From contig JBASLW010000084.1 in assembly GCA_049656545.1 (NCBI GenBank), positions 1-50,293 of the forward strand: a stretch of 50,293 nucleotides of DNA. Reading direction: 5' to 3'. The notes beneath the pieces are model-generated. The model did not search any database, was not told the origin of the DNA, and worked only from the letters and a program-made list of their open reading frames with translations. Numbering within the stretch: position 1 is the stretch's first letter; each line of letters begins with the position of its first letter. The stretch comes from Methylococcaceae bacterium. Lineage in GTDB: Bacteria > Pseudomonadota > Gammaproteobacteria > Methylococcales > Methylomonadaceae. Positions 31,879 through 42,100 of this stretch are shown here, in pieces. Made by a program: the position numbers and the translations under genes.

Positions 31879-32946
31879 ATGACGGAAGAACACCTTACTC
31901 TGCACACAACGGACATACTCATCGTCGATGACACTTTGCCAAATTTACAATTGTTGACTTCAATTCTTAGAGAAGAAGGTTATAAAGTCCGCCCTGCCAG
32001 TTCAGGCGCGTTGGCGTTACAAGCCATTGCCAAAAAATTACCCGATTTAATTTTACTCGACATCAAAATGCCTGGTTTTGATGGTTATGAAGTGTGCGAA
32101 ACCTTAAAAAATAATCCTGAAACCAAAGATATTCCCATTATTTTTATCAGCGCGTTAAGTGATATTAGCGACAAAATAAAAGCCTTTAACGTTGGTGGTG
32201 TGGATTACATTAACAAACCGTTTCAATTTGAAGAAGTCAGAGCGCGTGTAGCAACCCATTTAAAACTGCAAGCCTATCAACGAGAAATGGCAAGTCGTGT
32301 CGCCGAAGCGGTTGAAGAAATCCACGTTTTAAATCAAGAAATTATTGATACGCAACGCGAATTGATTTTTACAATGGGTGAAATTTGCGAAACCCGTTCA
32401 CAAGAAACAGGTTTGCACGTTAAGCGTGTGGCGGAGTATTCCTACTTACTAGCAAAATTATCGGGCGTTGATGAAAGTATTGCGTCAATGATTAGACAAG
32501 CCTCACCGATGCACGATATTGGAAAGGTAGCGATTTCAGACGAAATTTTGCATAAAAATGGAAAATTAACACCAGAAGAATGGGAAATTATGAAAACACA
32601 TTCGACGTTAGGGCATTCTATGTTGTCAGTTTCAAATCGACCATTGCTACAAATGGCGGCAACTATCGCGCTAGAACATCATGAACGATGGGATGGGAAA
32701 GGGTATCCAAATGGGGCGAAAGGTGAAAATATCAGTCTAGCTGGTCGAATTACAGCCATTGCAGATGTGTTTGATGCCTTGGGTTCAATGCGTTGTTACA
32801 AAAATGCGTGGGAATTACCCGAAATTTTGACTTTTTTCAAAGAAGGACGAGGTAAACATTTTGATCCCAGATTATTAGATTTATTTTTTGACCATTTGAA
32901 CGAATTTTTAATCATTCGAGATGAATTTAAATGTAAAGAATGCTGA
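31879..32946 (+). CDS. Response regulator with HD-GYP output (RpfG family c-di-GMP phosphodiesterase)
   Basis: 355 aa. REC domain (ILIVDD, LLDIKMPGFDG) plus HD-GYP (MHDIGKVAI, HHERWDGKGYPNG). Confidence 0.9.
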   Translation: MTEEHLTLHTTDILIVDDTLPNLQLLTSILREEGYKVRPASSGALALQAIAKKLPDLILLDIKMPGFDGYEVCETLKNNPETKDIPIIFISALSDISDKIKAFNVGGVDYINKPFQFEEVRARVATHLKLQAYQREMASRVAEAVEEIHVLNQEIIDTQRELIFTMGEICETRSQETGLHVKRVAEYSYLLAKLSGVDESIASMIRQASPMHDIGKVAISDEILHKNGKLTPEEWEIMKTHSTLGHSMLSVSNRPLLQMAATIALEHHERWDGKGYPNGAKGENISLAGRITAIADVFDALGSMRCYKNAWELPEILTFFKEGRGKHFDPRLLDLFFDHLNEFLIIRDEFKCKEC

Positions 32947-33793
32947 TGCCTTTTAAATTTTCGAGATGCCAATTTTCAATTGCCCACATTAAAATTTCTG
33001 CAACAGATGCTTGTTCTAATTCAACGGGGGGATTCTGTTTCAATAATGTTAATAATTTAAACAAAACTTGATTCGGTTTTGATAAATTGACGGCTGCCGC
33101 GAAGGTGGTTTTACTCAATTTTTTTCCATCTGAATCCGCCAAAACGGGAATGTGACAATAATTCGGCATAGGTAAATTTAAAATCTGCTGTAAAAAAATT
33201 TGTTTCGGCGTTTCATTCAATAAGTCAATTCCACGCACAATGTGATTCACATTTTGTCGCATATCATCCAACACCACCGCAAATTGATAGGCAATAATGC
33301 TGTCTTTGCGTTTCAAAATAAAATCTCCATCCTCGGCTAAATTTCTTGAAATGCGCCCTTGCAAAACATCATCAAAGAAAATTTCACTTGAATCGGTTTT
33401 AAGACGTAAGGAATAAGGTATTTCAGAAGACAGATTTTTATTTCGACAAGTTTGTGGGTAAATTGAAGGCAAATCTTTTCGGGAACATTCACAGCGATAA
33501 ACATGATTTTTTGCAATTAAATCAGCAAGAACAGCCTCATATTTTTCAAGATGCTGGCTTTGAAAATCAACGGCGTTATCCCAATGCAAACCCAGAATTT
33601 CGAGCGTTTTTAAAATGTTGTCACTTGCCCCTTTAACATTGCGGGGCGTATCTAAATCATCAAAACGAATTTGCCATAATCCATGATTAACTCGTGCATC
33701 TAAAAAACTAGCAAGGGCGGTATAAACAGAACCTAAATGAAGATGTCCAGTCGGTGAGGGAGCAAACCGACTGGTATAACGCGCGGCTGACAT
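32927..33793 (-). CDS. gluQ: tRNA glutamyl-Q(34) synthetase GluQ (YadB)
   Basis: 288 aa truncated GluRS paralogue with RFAPSPTGHLHLGS and KLSKT. It sits immediately downstream of dksA, as in E. coli. Confidence 0.9.
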   Translation of the reverse strand: MSAARYTSRFAPSPTGHLHLGSVYTALASFLDARVNHGLWQIRFDDLDTPRNVKGASDNILKTLEILGLHWDNAVDFQSQHLEKYEAVLADLIAKNHVYRCECSRKDLPSIYPQTCRNKNLSSEIPYSLRLKTDSSEIFFDDVLQGRISRNLAEDGDFILKRKDSIIAYQFAVVLDDMRQNVNHIVRGIDLLNETPKQIFLQQILNLPMPNYCHIPVLADSDGKKLSKTTFAAAVNLSKPNQVLFKLLTLLKQNPPVELEQASVAEILMWAIENWHLENLKGISILYI

Positions 33794-34230
33794 TAGCCCA
33801 TTTGTTTTTCACGGATTTCGTCGAGGGTTTTACAATCGATGCACAATGTCGCAGTCGGACGTGCTTCTAAACGGCGAATTCCAATTTCAATACCACAGGT
33901 TTCACAATAACCGTAATCCCCTGAATCAATGTCTTTCAAAGCGTCGTCAATTTTTTTGATTAAACGACGTTCACGATCACGGGTGCGTAATTCCAAACTA
34001 AATTCAGATTCTTGTGTGGCGCGATCGTTCGGATCTGGAAAATTTGCCGCATCATCTTTCATGTGAACCATGGTGTGATCGACTTCTTGCATCAATTCTT
34101 TTTTCCAATTTTTTAAAATGGCTGAAAAATGAGAAAGCTGTTCAGCATTCATGTACTCCTCATCATTCTTTTCAACATAAGGTCTGAAACTAAAAGGCGA
34201 TGTATGGTCTTTGACATTAGCTGTCATCAA
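33793..34230 (-). CDS. dksA: RNA polymerase-binding transcription factor DksA
   Basis: 145 aa with [11 protein letters not shown] (DxxDxA tip), [16 protein letters not shown] and [26 protein letters not shown]. Confidence 0.95.
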   Translation of the reverse strand: MMTANVKDHTSPFSFRPYVEKNDEEYMNAEQLSHFSAILKNWKKELMQEVDHTMVHMKDDAANFPDPNDRATQESEFSLELRTRDRERRLIKKIDDALKDIDSGDYGYCETCGIEIGIRRLEARPTATLCIDCKTLDEIREKQMG

Positions 34231-34315
34231 TTACTCCAAAAGGTGGCTAGATTTAAAACCGCGCATTTTTAGCAGAATAGCTAAGTGTTAGCAAGTTAAA
34301 ACGGTGGAATTATTT

Positions 34316-34978
34316 TTAATGGGGATTTGTAGCAAGATTAAAAAAACTGTTTTCAAACAAAACTGTTTCAAGCGCGTGTCGTGTTGCCCAGTTTTCTTGT
34401 TCTAACATGGGTTTTTCATAAAATTCGGAAACATAACCCAAACATAAAATCGCTAATGGTTTACTGTCAGCAGGCATTTGGAGCAAATTTTTTAAGGCTT
34501 CTGGTTCAAATATCGACACCCAACCTAGTCCCAAACCTTCTGCGCGTGCCGCTAGCCACATATTTTGAATCGCGCAAGACAATGACGCGACATCCATTTC
34601 AGGCAAAGTGCGCCGCCCAAAAATATGTTGTTCGCGTTGTTCACATAACGCGGCAACCAGCAATTCACCGCAATCTAAAATGCCTTCGACTTTTAATTTC
34701 ATGAATTCATCACTGCGTTCACCTAAGGCTTCAGCGGTTAAAATACGTTCTTGTTCAACAATAGCGTGAATTTGTTTTCGTAATTCGGACGATGTAATCC
34801 GAATAAAACGCCAAGGTTGCATAAAACCAACGCTTGGTGCGTGATGTGCGGCGGTAAGTAAGCGTTGTAAAATTTCGGAGGAAATTTTATCGGGTAAAAA
34901 ATGGCGCATATCACGGCGTTCATAAATAGCGCGATACACGGCAGCAATTTCTTCGGAGGAATAGGATTCAGCTCTCAT
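34316..34978 (-). CDS. bluB: Nitroreductase-family protein, probable 5,6-dimethylbenzimidazole synthase BluB
   Basis: Nitroreductase fold (RRDMRHF, HAPSVGFMQPWRF). The ATG at 34978 overlaps the cbiB stop (ATGA), and the operon context with cbiB and Thr-P decarboxylase supports BluB. Confidence 0.65.
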   Translation of the reverse strand: MRAESYSSEEIAAVYRAIYERRDMRHFLPDKISSEILQRLLTAAHHAPSVGFMQPWRFIRITSSELRKQIHAIVEQERILTAEALGERSDEFMKLKVEGILDCGELLVAALCEQREQHIFGRRTLPEMDVASLSCAIQNMWLAARAEGLGLGWVSIFEPEALKNLLQMPADSKPLAILCLGYVSEFYEKPMLEQENWATRHALETVLFENSFFNLATNPH

Positions 34979-35859
34979 GACATTACCCATAAAAATAATA
35001 AAATTACTAAATCCAAACGCCAACGCAGTGCCAATGCGTTTTGAATCGTCACAAGTGAAATCGGTTGAAATGCGTCACCTAACGTTGGCTTGAGTTTTAA
35101 CTTGCCGTGATAATATGCCGCGCCACCAAGTGAAATTTGCAAACTTCCTGCTAATGCTGCAATCGGATAACCCGCATTCGGACTTTCCAATTTATCCCCA
35201 TCACGAAACAAAATTTGCCAACTGTGTTTTTTATTTTGCATCAGTAACACAAGTAAAATTGCTGTCAATCGGGCGGGAATATAATTTGCAAAATCATCTA
35301 ATCGCGCAGCGACTTTGCCAAATTTTTCATAACGTGCTGTACGATAGCCAACCATTGAATCCATCGTGTTAATGGCTTTGTAAATTGCAATCCCTGGCAA
35401 TCCGAACAAAATTAAATAAAACAACGGGGCAATCACACCGTCACTTAAATTTTCTGCCCAGGTTTCCAGCGCTGCTTTATAAGCGTCATTTTTTGTCATA
35501 TTTTCGGTATCACGACTGACTAAATAACGAACCGCATTGGCAGGATTTTCACTTTTTACAACATTTTCAACACTTGAATACAACATGTTCATTGCCAAAC
35601 CTGTTGAAGCGAAAATGGCTAAAACAAAAAATTGTAAATTTTCAAGTAAAAACAAACTCAGTTTAAGCACTGAAAAGCTGACTAACCACGTTGCAAAAAT
35701 TAAACTCAAAACCAATATCGCACCACGCAAAATGCTGTCTTTATAAAACCATTTTTCAAAAGCCGAAATAAAATCGCCCAGAAACATGACAGGATGTTTG
35801 CACGGTAATTCGCCAAATACTTTATCAATTAGATACGCTGCAAAGGCTAATTCAAACAT
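34975..35859 (-). CDS. cbiB: Adenosylcobinamide-phosphate synthase CbiB/CobD
   Basis: 294 aa membrane protein with HPVMFLGDFISAFE, AENLSDGVIAPLFY and NAGYPIAALAG. Confidence 0.9.
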   Translation of the reverse strand: MFELAFAAYLIDKVFGELPCKHPVMFLGDFISAFEKWFYKDSILRGAILVLSLIFATWLVSFSVLKLSLFLLENLQFFVLAIFASTGLAMNMLYSSVENVVKSENPANAVRYLVSRDTENMTKNDAYKAALETWAENLSDGVIAPLFYLILFGLPGIAIYKAINTMDSMVGYRTARYEKFGKVAARLDDFANYIPARLTAILLVLLMQNKKHSWQILFRDGDKLESPNAGYPIAALAGSLQISLGGAAYYHGKLKLKPTLGDAFQPISLVTIQNALALRWRLDLVILLFLWVMS

Positions 35860-36866
35860 GACAATGCAAAGGCTAATTTTTCAATGTTTGCTTTGGATTT
35901 CACAGCAAAACGGATGTCCTGAGAATCTAAAAAATCAAAACTATCACAAACGCGAATCAAGATTTTGAAACGCGCTAATTTTGTTTGTAAATCGAATTCT
36001 GACTTTTTCAATCGCGCCAAAACAAAATTCGCCGAACCGTCATAAATTTTTTCAAACAAATTTGAATCAAGTAAAACGTGTTCCAATTTTGCGCGTAAGC
36101 ATTGCGTTTCGTAACGAGTTTGTTCGATAAATGCACTATTTTTTAAGGCATTTTGCATATAAATATCGTCGAAAGTCGAAATTTTCCACATTGGTTCATA
36201 AACCTTTATTGCTTTGATTGTGTCTTTTTGTGCTGCGACAAATCCTATACGAACACCTGCACAACCGTAAAATTTACACAGCGATTTCACAACAAAAAAT
36301 TTGTCAGAAGTCGTCATAAAATCGAACATCGATGGTGCGTCACAAAAATCTAAAAAGGATTCGTCAATAATTACTGTGCAATTCGCTGTTTTCCAATGTT
36401 TAACCAATTCGGTTAAATCGTAAATCCTACCATCGGGTGTTGAAGGATTTACAAAAATGACAGTGCTATTTTTAGGAATAGGCGATAAAAAGTCGTTTTC
36501 AAAACGGTTGATAAAATGTAAATGGCACTGTAATTCTCGCGCTACATTGATGTATTCGGAATAAAGTGGCGCGTAAAAAATAAGGTTTTTAGGTTTTAAA
36601 AATCGTAACAAAGCAAAAATTGCTGCACTTGCGCCGTTAAAAAGTTCCAAATCTACGCTTTCATTTAAAGCATAACGGTGTTTGAGAGCGTGCTTTAAAT
36701 CGGTGTAATTCGGATCAGCGTAAGGTGTGAGATGTAACGGTAATTCGCGCCATTTAACCGCTTGTTCAAAATGAATGTTCGACGAAAAATCGATAATATC
36801 ACTCGGTAAGCACGCTAATTTTTCTGCGAAGTTGTAAATGTTACCGCCGTGTTTGGAAGAATACAT
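35847..36866 (-). CDS. Threonine-phosphate decarboxylase (CobD/CobC type, class I/II aminotransferase fold)
   Basis: HGGNIY near the N-terminus, as in S. enterica CobD, and a PLP-lysine region (VVKSLCKFYGCAG). The ATG at 36866 is preferred over the TTG at 36929, but the start is uncertain. Confidence 0.75.
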   Translation of the reverse strand: MYSSKHGGNIYNFAEKLACLPSDIIDFSSNIHFEQAVKWRELPLHLTPYADPNYTDLKHALKHRYALNESVDLELFNGASAAIFALLRFLKPKNLIFYAPLYSEYINVARELQCHLHFINRFENDFLSPIPKNSTVIFVNPSTPDGRIYDLTELVKHWKTANCTVIIDESFLDFCDAPSMFDFMTTSDKFFVVKSLCKFYGCAGVRIGFVAAQKDTIKAIKVYEPMWKISTFDDIYMQNALKNSAFIEQTRYETQCLRAKLEHVLLDSNLFEKIYDGSANFVLARLKKSEFDLQTKLARFKILIRVCDSFDFLDSQDIRFAVKSKANIEKLAFALSCLN

Positions 36867-36947
36867 GAAAATACGTTGCTGATTTGAATATATAAAGGCG
36901 CGTAGTTTAAATGATGTTTCTGATTTCAAATTTAAAAATCATCGCCT

Positions 36948-36977
36948 GCGACAATTTGTCACGCGACAATTTGTCAC
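36948..36977. promoter_or_regulatory. Perfect tandem repeat 2 x GCGACAATTTGTCAC, each containing the palindrome GACAA-T-TTGTC; probable regulator binding site
   Basis: Read directly from the divergent intergenic region between the cob operon (minus) and the kinase operon (plus). Confidence 0.6.
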
Positions 36978-37064
36978 ATTTTCAAAAAAAAGATTCATCG
37001 CTAGAATAAAGCCACTCTTTTAAAGCTCCTCTAAGCGTTGAGAGTCTTATATCCTTCTCTTTTC

Positions 37065-37101
37065 AATGCAGCATTGTTTGGTTTGATGCTGCATTTTTTT
37101 T
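37065..37101 (+). terminator. Plus-strand intrinsic-terminator-like hairpin 24 nt before the kinase ATG (attenuator or sRNA 3' end)
   Basis: AATGCAGCAT-N11-ATGCTGCATT followed by a T-run (TTTTTTTT). A possible sigma70 promoter (TTTTCA-N17-TAGAAT at 36979-37007) would give a transcript of about 85-90 nt. Confidence 0.5.
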
Positions 37102-37124
37102 GACCACATTTTTAAAAGTGACAC

Positions 37125-39041
37125 ATGAAAAAATCTGTTGGTTATTATTTCCCCCATTCACTTAAAGCACGTTTAATTATTCTGACGTTATTGTTTTTAC
37201 TTTTACCGACAGGAATTTTAGGTTATCTCGGTTACGATTATTTATATAACACCATTAAAAACAATAACATTCGCGCTGTTGGACACATTGCAGATTCACG
37301 TCATGAACAACTTAACGTGATGCTTCAAAATACAAATAATCGAGCAACCCATTTTCTTGAAAATCTTTCTTTGCAATGTGAATCGGGAAATAAGCGAAAA
37401 ATCAATGATTGTTTAAAACAGGCGTTACAACTTTTTCTGAATAATGAACAAGCGTTAAGTGCCATTTTTACGAATGCAAATGGCGAAAAAATTAAAGTTG
37501 GTGATACGTTTTTATCTGAAATTTTGCCTTTCAAATCAAAACAATTAGTTGGCTTTAGTGCGCCTGAAAAAAATACACCCCGTTTATATTACATCGTCAT
37601 CCAAAATGAAAAAGGTGAACATTTAATCGTCACGTTTCCCATTCTTGAAATTCAAAAAATTTTTATCAGCGACCCCAGTTTAGGCGAATCGGGCGACGTT
37701 TTTATTATGGATTCGGAAGGTTTTTTTATTACGCAACCGCATTTACTTGATACCGATAGTCCGCAAGAAGCCAAAAATGACCACGCAATGCACCATTGTT
37801 TAATGATGGGTAACGCTGAAATGCTTGATGTGGATAGGCGAAATGTCGAAATTATTCACAGTTTTCGATTTGTCCCTGAAGTTGGTGGCGGTTGCATCAT
37901 GGCACATTTAGATCAAGCAGAAGCCTTTTCGGCGTTAGATATTCTGCAATGGCGTGTCATTTGGATTACGTTAGGGTTGATTATTTTTGCTTTGATTCTC
38001 GCGCTAATTGTTGGACGAAATATCGTCAAACCAATAGAAAAACTTTGCGCGGTGACACATCAAATTATTAACGGCAACTACACAATTTCAGCCGTTGTTG
38101 CTGGAGATGACGAAATTGCTGAATTAGCAAATGCGTTTAATTTAATGACAGAACGTTTGAAATGCGCGTTTGATGAATTAAATGCCCATCGCGCTCAACT
38201 TGAACATAAAGTTCAAAAACGCACCGCTGAATTATCAATTGCAAAGGATGAAGCAGAGCAATCGTTAATGTTATTGCAACAAACCAAAGAAAATTTAGTT
38301 CAAGCCGAAAAAATGGCAGCATTAGGTGGTTTGGTTGCGGGAATTTCGCACGAAATCAATACACCGATTGGCATTACAGTTACGTCCGCTTCATTTTTAA
38401 ATGTAGAAACGAACAAAGTCATTGAACTTTATCAAGAGGGAGAATTGGGCGGTGACGAATTAGAATTCTATTTTGAAACCGCCAAACAATCCACAGAATT
38501 GATGATGATAAATTGCCAACGTGCAGCAGATTTGATTCACAGTTTTAAACAAATTTCTGTTGATCAAACTAGCGATAATTTGCGTGAATTTAATTTGAAA
38601 AATTATCTGGAAGAAATTTTATTAAGTTTGCGTCCTGCGCTTAAAAAAACACGGATTAACGTTGAATTAAATTGTTTACCAAGTTTATTTGTTTTTGGTT
38701 ATCCAGGTGCGATTTCGCAAATTGTGACCAATTTTGTCATGAATTCTTTGTTTCATGCCTACGAACCGAATCAAATCGGCACGATTAAATTAAATGTTAC
38801 GCTGTTTTCAGCACACAAAATTGAGTTGTGTTATAGCGATGACGGAAAAGGAATTCGACACGATATTCAAAATAAAATTTTTGACCCTTTTTTCACGACA
38901 CAACGCGGTAATGGCGGCAGCGGTTTAGGGCTTCATGTTGTGTATAACCTTGTGCATCAAGTGTTAAAAGGCTCACTGCAAATCGACAGCATTGAAGGTA
39001 AAGGTACTACTTTTATTGTTAATTTTCCAAAACGAATGTAA
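37125..39041 (+). CDS. Sensor histidine kinase (periplasmic Cache-like domain, HAMP, DHp, HATPase)
   Basis: 638 aa, two TM segments, HAMP (DEIAELANAFNLM), H-box GISHEINTPIG, and N/G boxes (NSLFHA, GSGLGLH). Confidence 0.85.
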   Translation: MKKSVGYYFPHSLKARLIILTLLFLLLPTGILGYLGYDYLYNTIKNNNIRAVGHIADSRHEQLNVMLQNTNNRATHFLENLSLQCESGNKRKINDCLKQALQLFLNNEQALSAIFTNANGEKIKVGDTFLSEILPFKSKQLVGFSAPEKNTPRLYYIVIQNEKGEHLIVTFPILEIQKIFISDPSLGESGDVFIMDSEGFFITQPHLLDTDSPQEAKNDHAMHHCLMMGNAEMLDVDRRNVEIIHSFRFVPEVGGGCIMAHLDQAEAFSALDILQWRVIWITLGLIIFALILALIVGRNIVKPIEKLCAVTHQIINGNYTISAVVAGDDEIAELANAFNLMTERLKCAFDELNAHRAQLEHKVQKRTAELSIAKDEAEQSLMLLQQTKENLVQAEKMAALGGLVAGISHEINTPIGITVTSASFLNVETNKVIELYQEGELGGDELEFYFETAKQSTELMMINCQRAADLIHSFKQISVDQTSDNLREFNLKNYLEEILLSLRPALKKTRINVELNCLPSLFVFGYPGAISQIVTNFVMNSLFHAYEPNQIGTIKLNVTLFSAHKIELCYSDDGKGIRHDIQNKIFDPFFTTQRGNGGSGLGLHVVYNLVHQVLKGSLQIDSIEGKGTTFIVNFPKRM

Positions 39042-39056
39042 AAAAATCTCAACACA

Positions 39057-40535
39057 ATGACTGAAAAAAAACCGCTTAACTTAAAAACTCAAAATACATT
39101 TTCATCTAAATTAACCACAACGTCTCATGCTATACCGTGGCGAATTTTAGTTGTCGATGATGAAGAAGATGTTCATTCCGTGACGCGCTTAATTTTGACA
39201 AAAATTGCGTTTAAAAATCGTCCTGTTGAATTATTGTGTGCTTATTCTGCGTTTGAAGCGCGTGACATTTTGGCGCGTGAAAAAAATATCGCGGTGATTT
39301 TGCTTGATGTCGTGATGGAAACCGATGATGCGGGATTGCGACTGGTTAAAATTATTCGTGATGATTTACATAATCATGAAGTTCGGATTATTTTGCGAAC
39401 AGGACAACCAGGACAAGCTCCCGAAGAGCGCGTGATTGTTGATTACGATATTAACGATTACAAAGCGAAAAACGAATTAACCTCGCAAAAATTATTTACC
39501 GCTGTGATTTCTGCATTACGCGCTTATGAAACCATTATGTCGCTCAATAAAACACGACGCGGGTTAGAGAAAATTCTGCACAGTTCAGATTCTCTTTTTA
39601 AAATTCAATCGATGCACGAATTTGCATCGGGAATTTTGGCGCAATTAAGTTTATTTTTGGATTGTCAACCGCAAGGCATTATTTGTATTGAACAAAATAG
39701 AGATGGCGATGTTGAACCGATTTCCTGTTTGCCAAACAACATGAAAATTATTGCGGTAACAGAAGAATTTGAATGTTGTTTGCGTTGTCATTTAGACCAT
39801 TCGTGTGGACATGACGAAATTGCCAACATGATTAAAACCGCGTTATACGAACGAAAAAATCAATTTAGTGAGCAATACTCCGCCTTTTATTTAGACACTA
39901 ATGACGATAAAGCGACCATTGCGTTGGTGTATAGCGAAAAAGAAATTGAAAAACACGATTTGGATTTACTTGAAGTTTTCACGTCAAAAATTTCGATTGC
40001 GTTAGCTAACGCGATTCATTATCAAAAAATGGTTACCTTTGAAAAAGCGGCTGTGACCGATTTTTTAACGAATTTGAATAATCGTCGTCAGTTGTTACGT
40101 TTAGGTTTGCCGATGTTAGCATTGGCAAATCGCAATAATCGATTAGCAGTCGCCATGATTGACATCGATTTGTTTAAACAAGTGAATGATTTATATGGTC
40201 ATGATGTTGGCGATATTGTGTTGAAACACATTAGCAAAATGATGGGTGAGCGTTTTCGTAGTTGTGATGTGGTGGCGCGTTATGGTGGTGAAGAATTTTG
40301 CATTCTTGCGCCGTCATTGAATTCACCACAATTAGCCTTTGAATTATTTGATAATTTTCGAATATCGTTAGCAAATTCAGACATTCAAATTTCAGAAACA
40401 CAAACGTTGAAAATTACAGTCAGTATCGGTGTAACAACCGATTTATGTCCCAATTTAGACGATATGATTACAGCCGCTGATTATTTGTTGTACAAAGCGA
40501 AAAATAAAGGGCGAAATTGCGTAATGGTAAAATAA
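39057..40535 (+). CDS. Response regulator REC-(DUF3369-like linker)-GGDEF diguanylate cyclase
   Basis: 492 aa. REC ([36 protein letters not shown]), then a GGDEF domain with an RYGGEEF active site and an RSCD I-site. Confidence 0.9.
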   Translation: MTEKKPLNLKTQNTFSSKLTTTSHAIPWRILVVDDEEDVHSVTRLILTKIAFKNRPVELLCAYSAFEARDILAREKNIAVILLDVVMETDDAGLRLVKIIRDDLHNHEVRIILRTGQPGQAPEERVIVDYDINDYKAKNELTSQKLFTAVISALRAYETIMSLNKTRRGLEKILHSSDSLFKIQSMHEFASGILAQLSLFLDCQPQGIICIEQNRDGDVEPISCLPNNMKIIAVTEEFECCLRCHLDHSCGHDEIANMIKTALYERKNQFSEQYSAFYLDTNDDKATIALVYSEKEIEKHDLDLLEVFTSKISIALANAIHYQKMVTFEKAAVTDFLTNLNNRRQLLRLGLPMLALANRNNRLAVAMIDIDLFKQVNDLYGHDVGDIVLKHISKMMGERFRSCDVVARYGGEEFCILAPSLNSPQLAFELFDNFRISLANSDIQISETQTLKITVSIGVTTDLCPNLDDMITAADYLLYKAKNKGRNCVMVK

Positions 40536-40608
40536 CGGTTTAATTCAACAAATTCGCATTAAAAACGGTAAAATTGTGCATTTTTCAAATACAGAGAAAC
40601 TCAAAAAT

Positions 40609-42057
40609 ATGCACAACAAAACCATTACCGAACTCGCACAAGGCTTACGCGCAAAAGAATTTTCAAGCGTTGAACTTACGCAACATTTTTTAGAACGCAT
40701 CAAGCAATATGCGGATTTGAATGCGTTTATTACCGTTACAGAAGATTTAGCATTACAAGCCGCGCAACTTGCTGATGTGAAAATTGCTAAAGGTGAAGCT
40801 GAATTGTTAACAGGCATTCCAATGGCGCACAAAGATATTTTCTGCACCCAAGATGTGAAAACAACCTGTGGTTCAAAAATGCTTGATAACTTTATCGCGC
40901 CTTATAACGCCACCGTAGTTGAAAAGTTAAACGCAGCGGGGACAGTAAATTTAGGCAAATTAAATATGGATGAATTCGCAATGGGTTCATCGAATGAAAC
41001 CAGTTTTTACGGCGCGGTAAAAAATCCTTGGAGCAAAAACGCGGTTGCTGGCGGCTCATCAGGTGGAAGTGCGGCGGCAGTTGCGGCGCAATTAGCAGCT
41101 TGTGTCACTGGAACAGATACAGGCGGTTCAATTCGTCAACCTGCGGCATTTTGTGGTGTATCGGGCATTAAACCGACTTACGGGCGCGTTTCACGTTTTG
41201 GCATGATTGCTTATGCATCGAGTTTAGACCAAGGCGGTTCAATGGCAAAAAGCGCTGAAGATTGTGCGATTTTATTGCAAGCAATGGCGGGTTTTGATGC
41301 AAAAGATTCCACCAGCGTTGATGCGCCTGTTCCTGATTATTGTGCCGATTTGAATAAACCTTTAACGGGTTTAAAAATTGGTTTGCCAAAAGAATTTTTC
41401 ACGGCTGATTTAAATGCAGATATGGCGAAAACCTTAGAAACTGCTATTGAAGAATATAAAAAATTAGGTGCAGAAGTGAAAGAAGTATCAATGCCAAATT
41501 TGAAATATGCAATTCCTGCTTATTACGTTATTGCGTCTGCAGAATGTTCATCGAATTTATCACGTTATGACGGCGTGCGTTTTGGTTATCGTTGTGAAAA
41601 TCCTGCAGATTTAGCGGATTTATACACACGCTCACGCGGTGAAGCGTTTGGTAAAGAAGTTAAGCGTCGTATTTTGATGGGAACTTACGCGCTCTCAGCA
41701 GGTTATTACGATGCGTATTATTTGAAAGCGCAACAAGTTCGTCGTTTGATTAGTGAAGATTTTAAAAATGCGTTGAATGAAGTCGATGTGATTTTCAGTC
41801 CCGTTACGCCAACACCTGCGTTTAATATCGGTGAAAAAATTGCGAATCCAATTGAAATGTATTTAGCCGATATTTACACGATTGCGATTAACTTAGCGGG
41901 CTTGCCTGCGATGTCGATTCCTGCAGGATTTATCAACGGAATGCCTGTTGGTTTGCAATTGATTGGTAATTATTTTGATGAAGCGCGTTTGTTAAATGTC
42001 GCGCACATTTATCAAAAAGCGACAGATTGGCACATACAACAACCTCAAATGGTTTGA
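40609..42057 (+). CDS. gatA: Glutamyl-tRNA(Gln) amidotransferase subunit A
   Basis: Strong collinearity with Pseudomonas GatA as I remember it ([21 protein letters not shown], the [13 protein letters not shown] amidase signature, [12 protein letters not shown]). The ATG at 40609 ([10 protein letters not shown]) is preferred over 40576. Confidence 0.93.
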   Translation: MHNKTITELAQGLRAKEFSSVELTQHFLERIKQYADLNAFITVTEDLALQAAQLADVKIAKGEAELLTGIPMAHKDIFCTQDVKTTCGSKMLDNFIAPYNATVVEKLNAAGTVNLGKLNMDEFAMGSSNETSFYGAVKNPWSKNAVAGGSSGGSAAAVAAQLAACVTGTDTGGSIRQPAAFCGVSGIKPTYGRVSRFGMIAYASSLDQGGSMAKSAEDCAILLQAMAGFDAKDSTSVDAPVPDYCADLNKPLTGLKIGLPKEFFTADLNADMAKTLETAIEEYKKLGAEVKEVSMPNLKYAIPAYYVIASAECSSNLSRYDGVRFGYRCENPADLADLYTRSRGEAFGKEVKRRILMGTYALSAGYYDAYYLKAQQVRRLISEDFKNALNEVDVIFSPVTPTPAFNIGEKIANPIEMYLADIYTIAINLAGLPAMSIPAGFINGMPVGLQLIGNYFDEARLLNVAHIYQKATDWHIQQPQMV

Positions 42058-42100
42058 TTTTTTGCTGTTGAATTAAAAATTGTGATGTGAGGATGATTTT

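Noticed and set aside
36867-37124. A possible cobalamin riboswitch in the leader of the Thr-P decarboxylase-cbiB-bluB operon.
   Set aside because: On the minus (sense) strand I find no B12 box (GCCACTG) and none of the conserved GGGAA/GGTG core elements. The only GCCACT-like string is on the opposite strand. A covariance-model scan (RF00174) would be decisive.
40545-40847. A 100-aa minus-strand ORF, and the 40576 start for gatA.
   Set aside because: The ORF is antisense to the conserved GatA N-terminus. GatA homology begins at [10 protein letters not shown] (40609), and the 11 extra residues from 40576 are not conserved.
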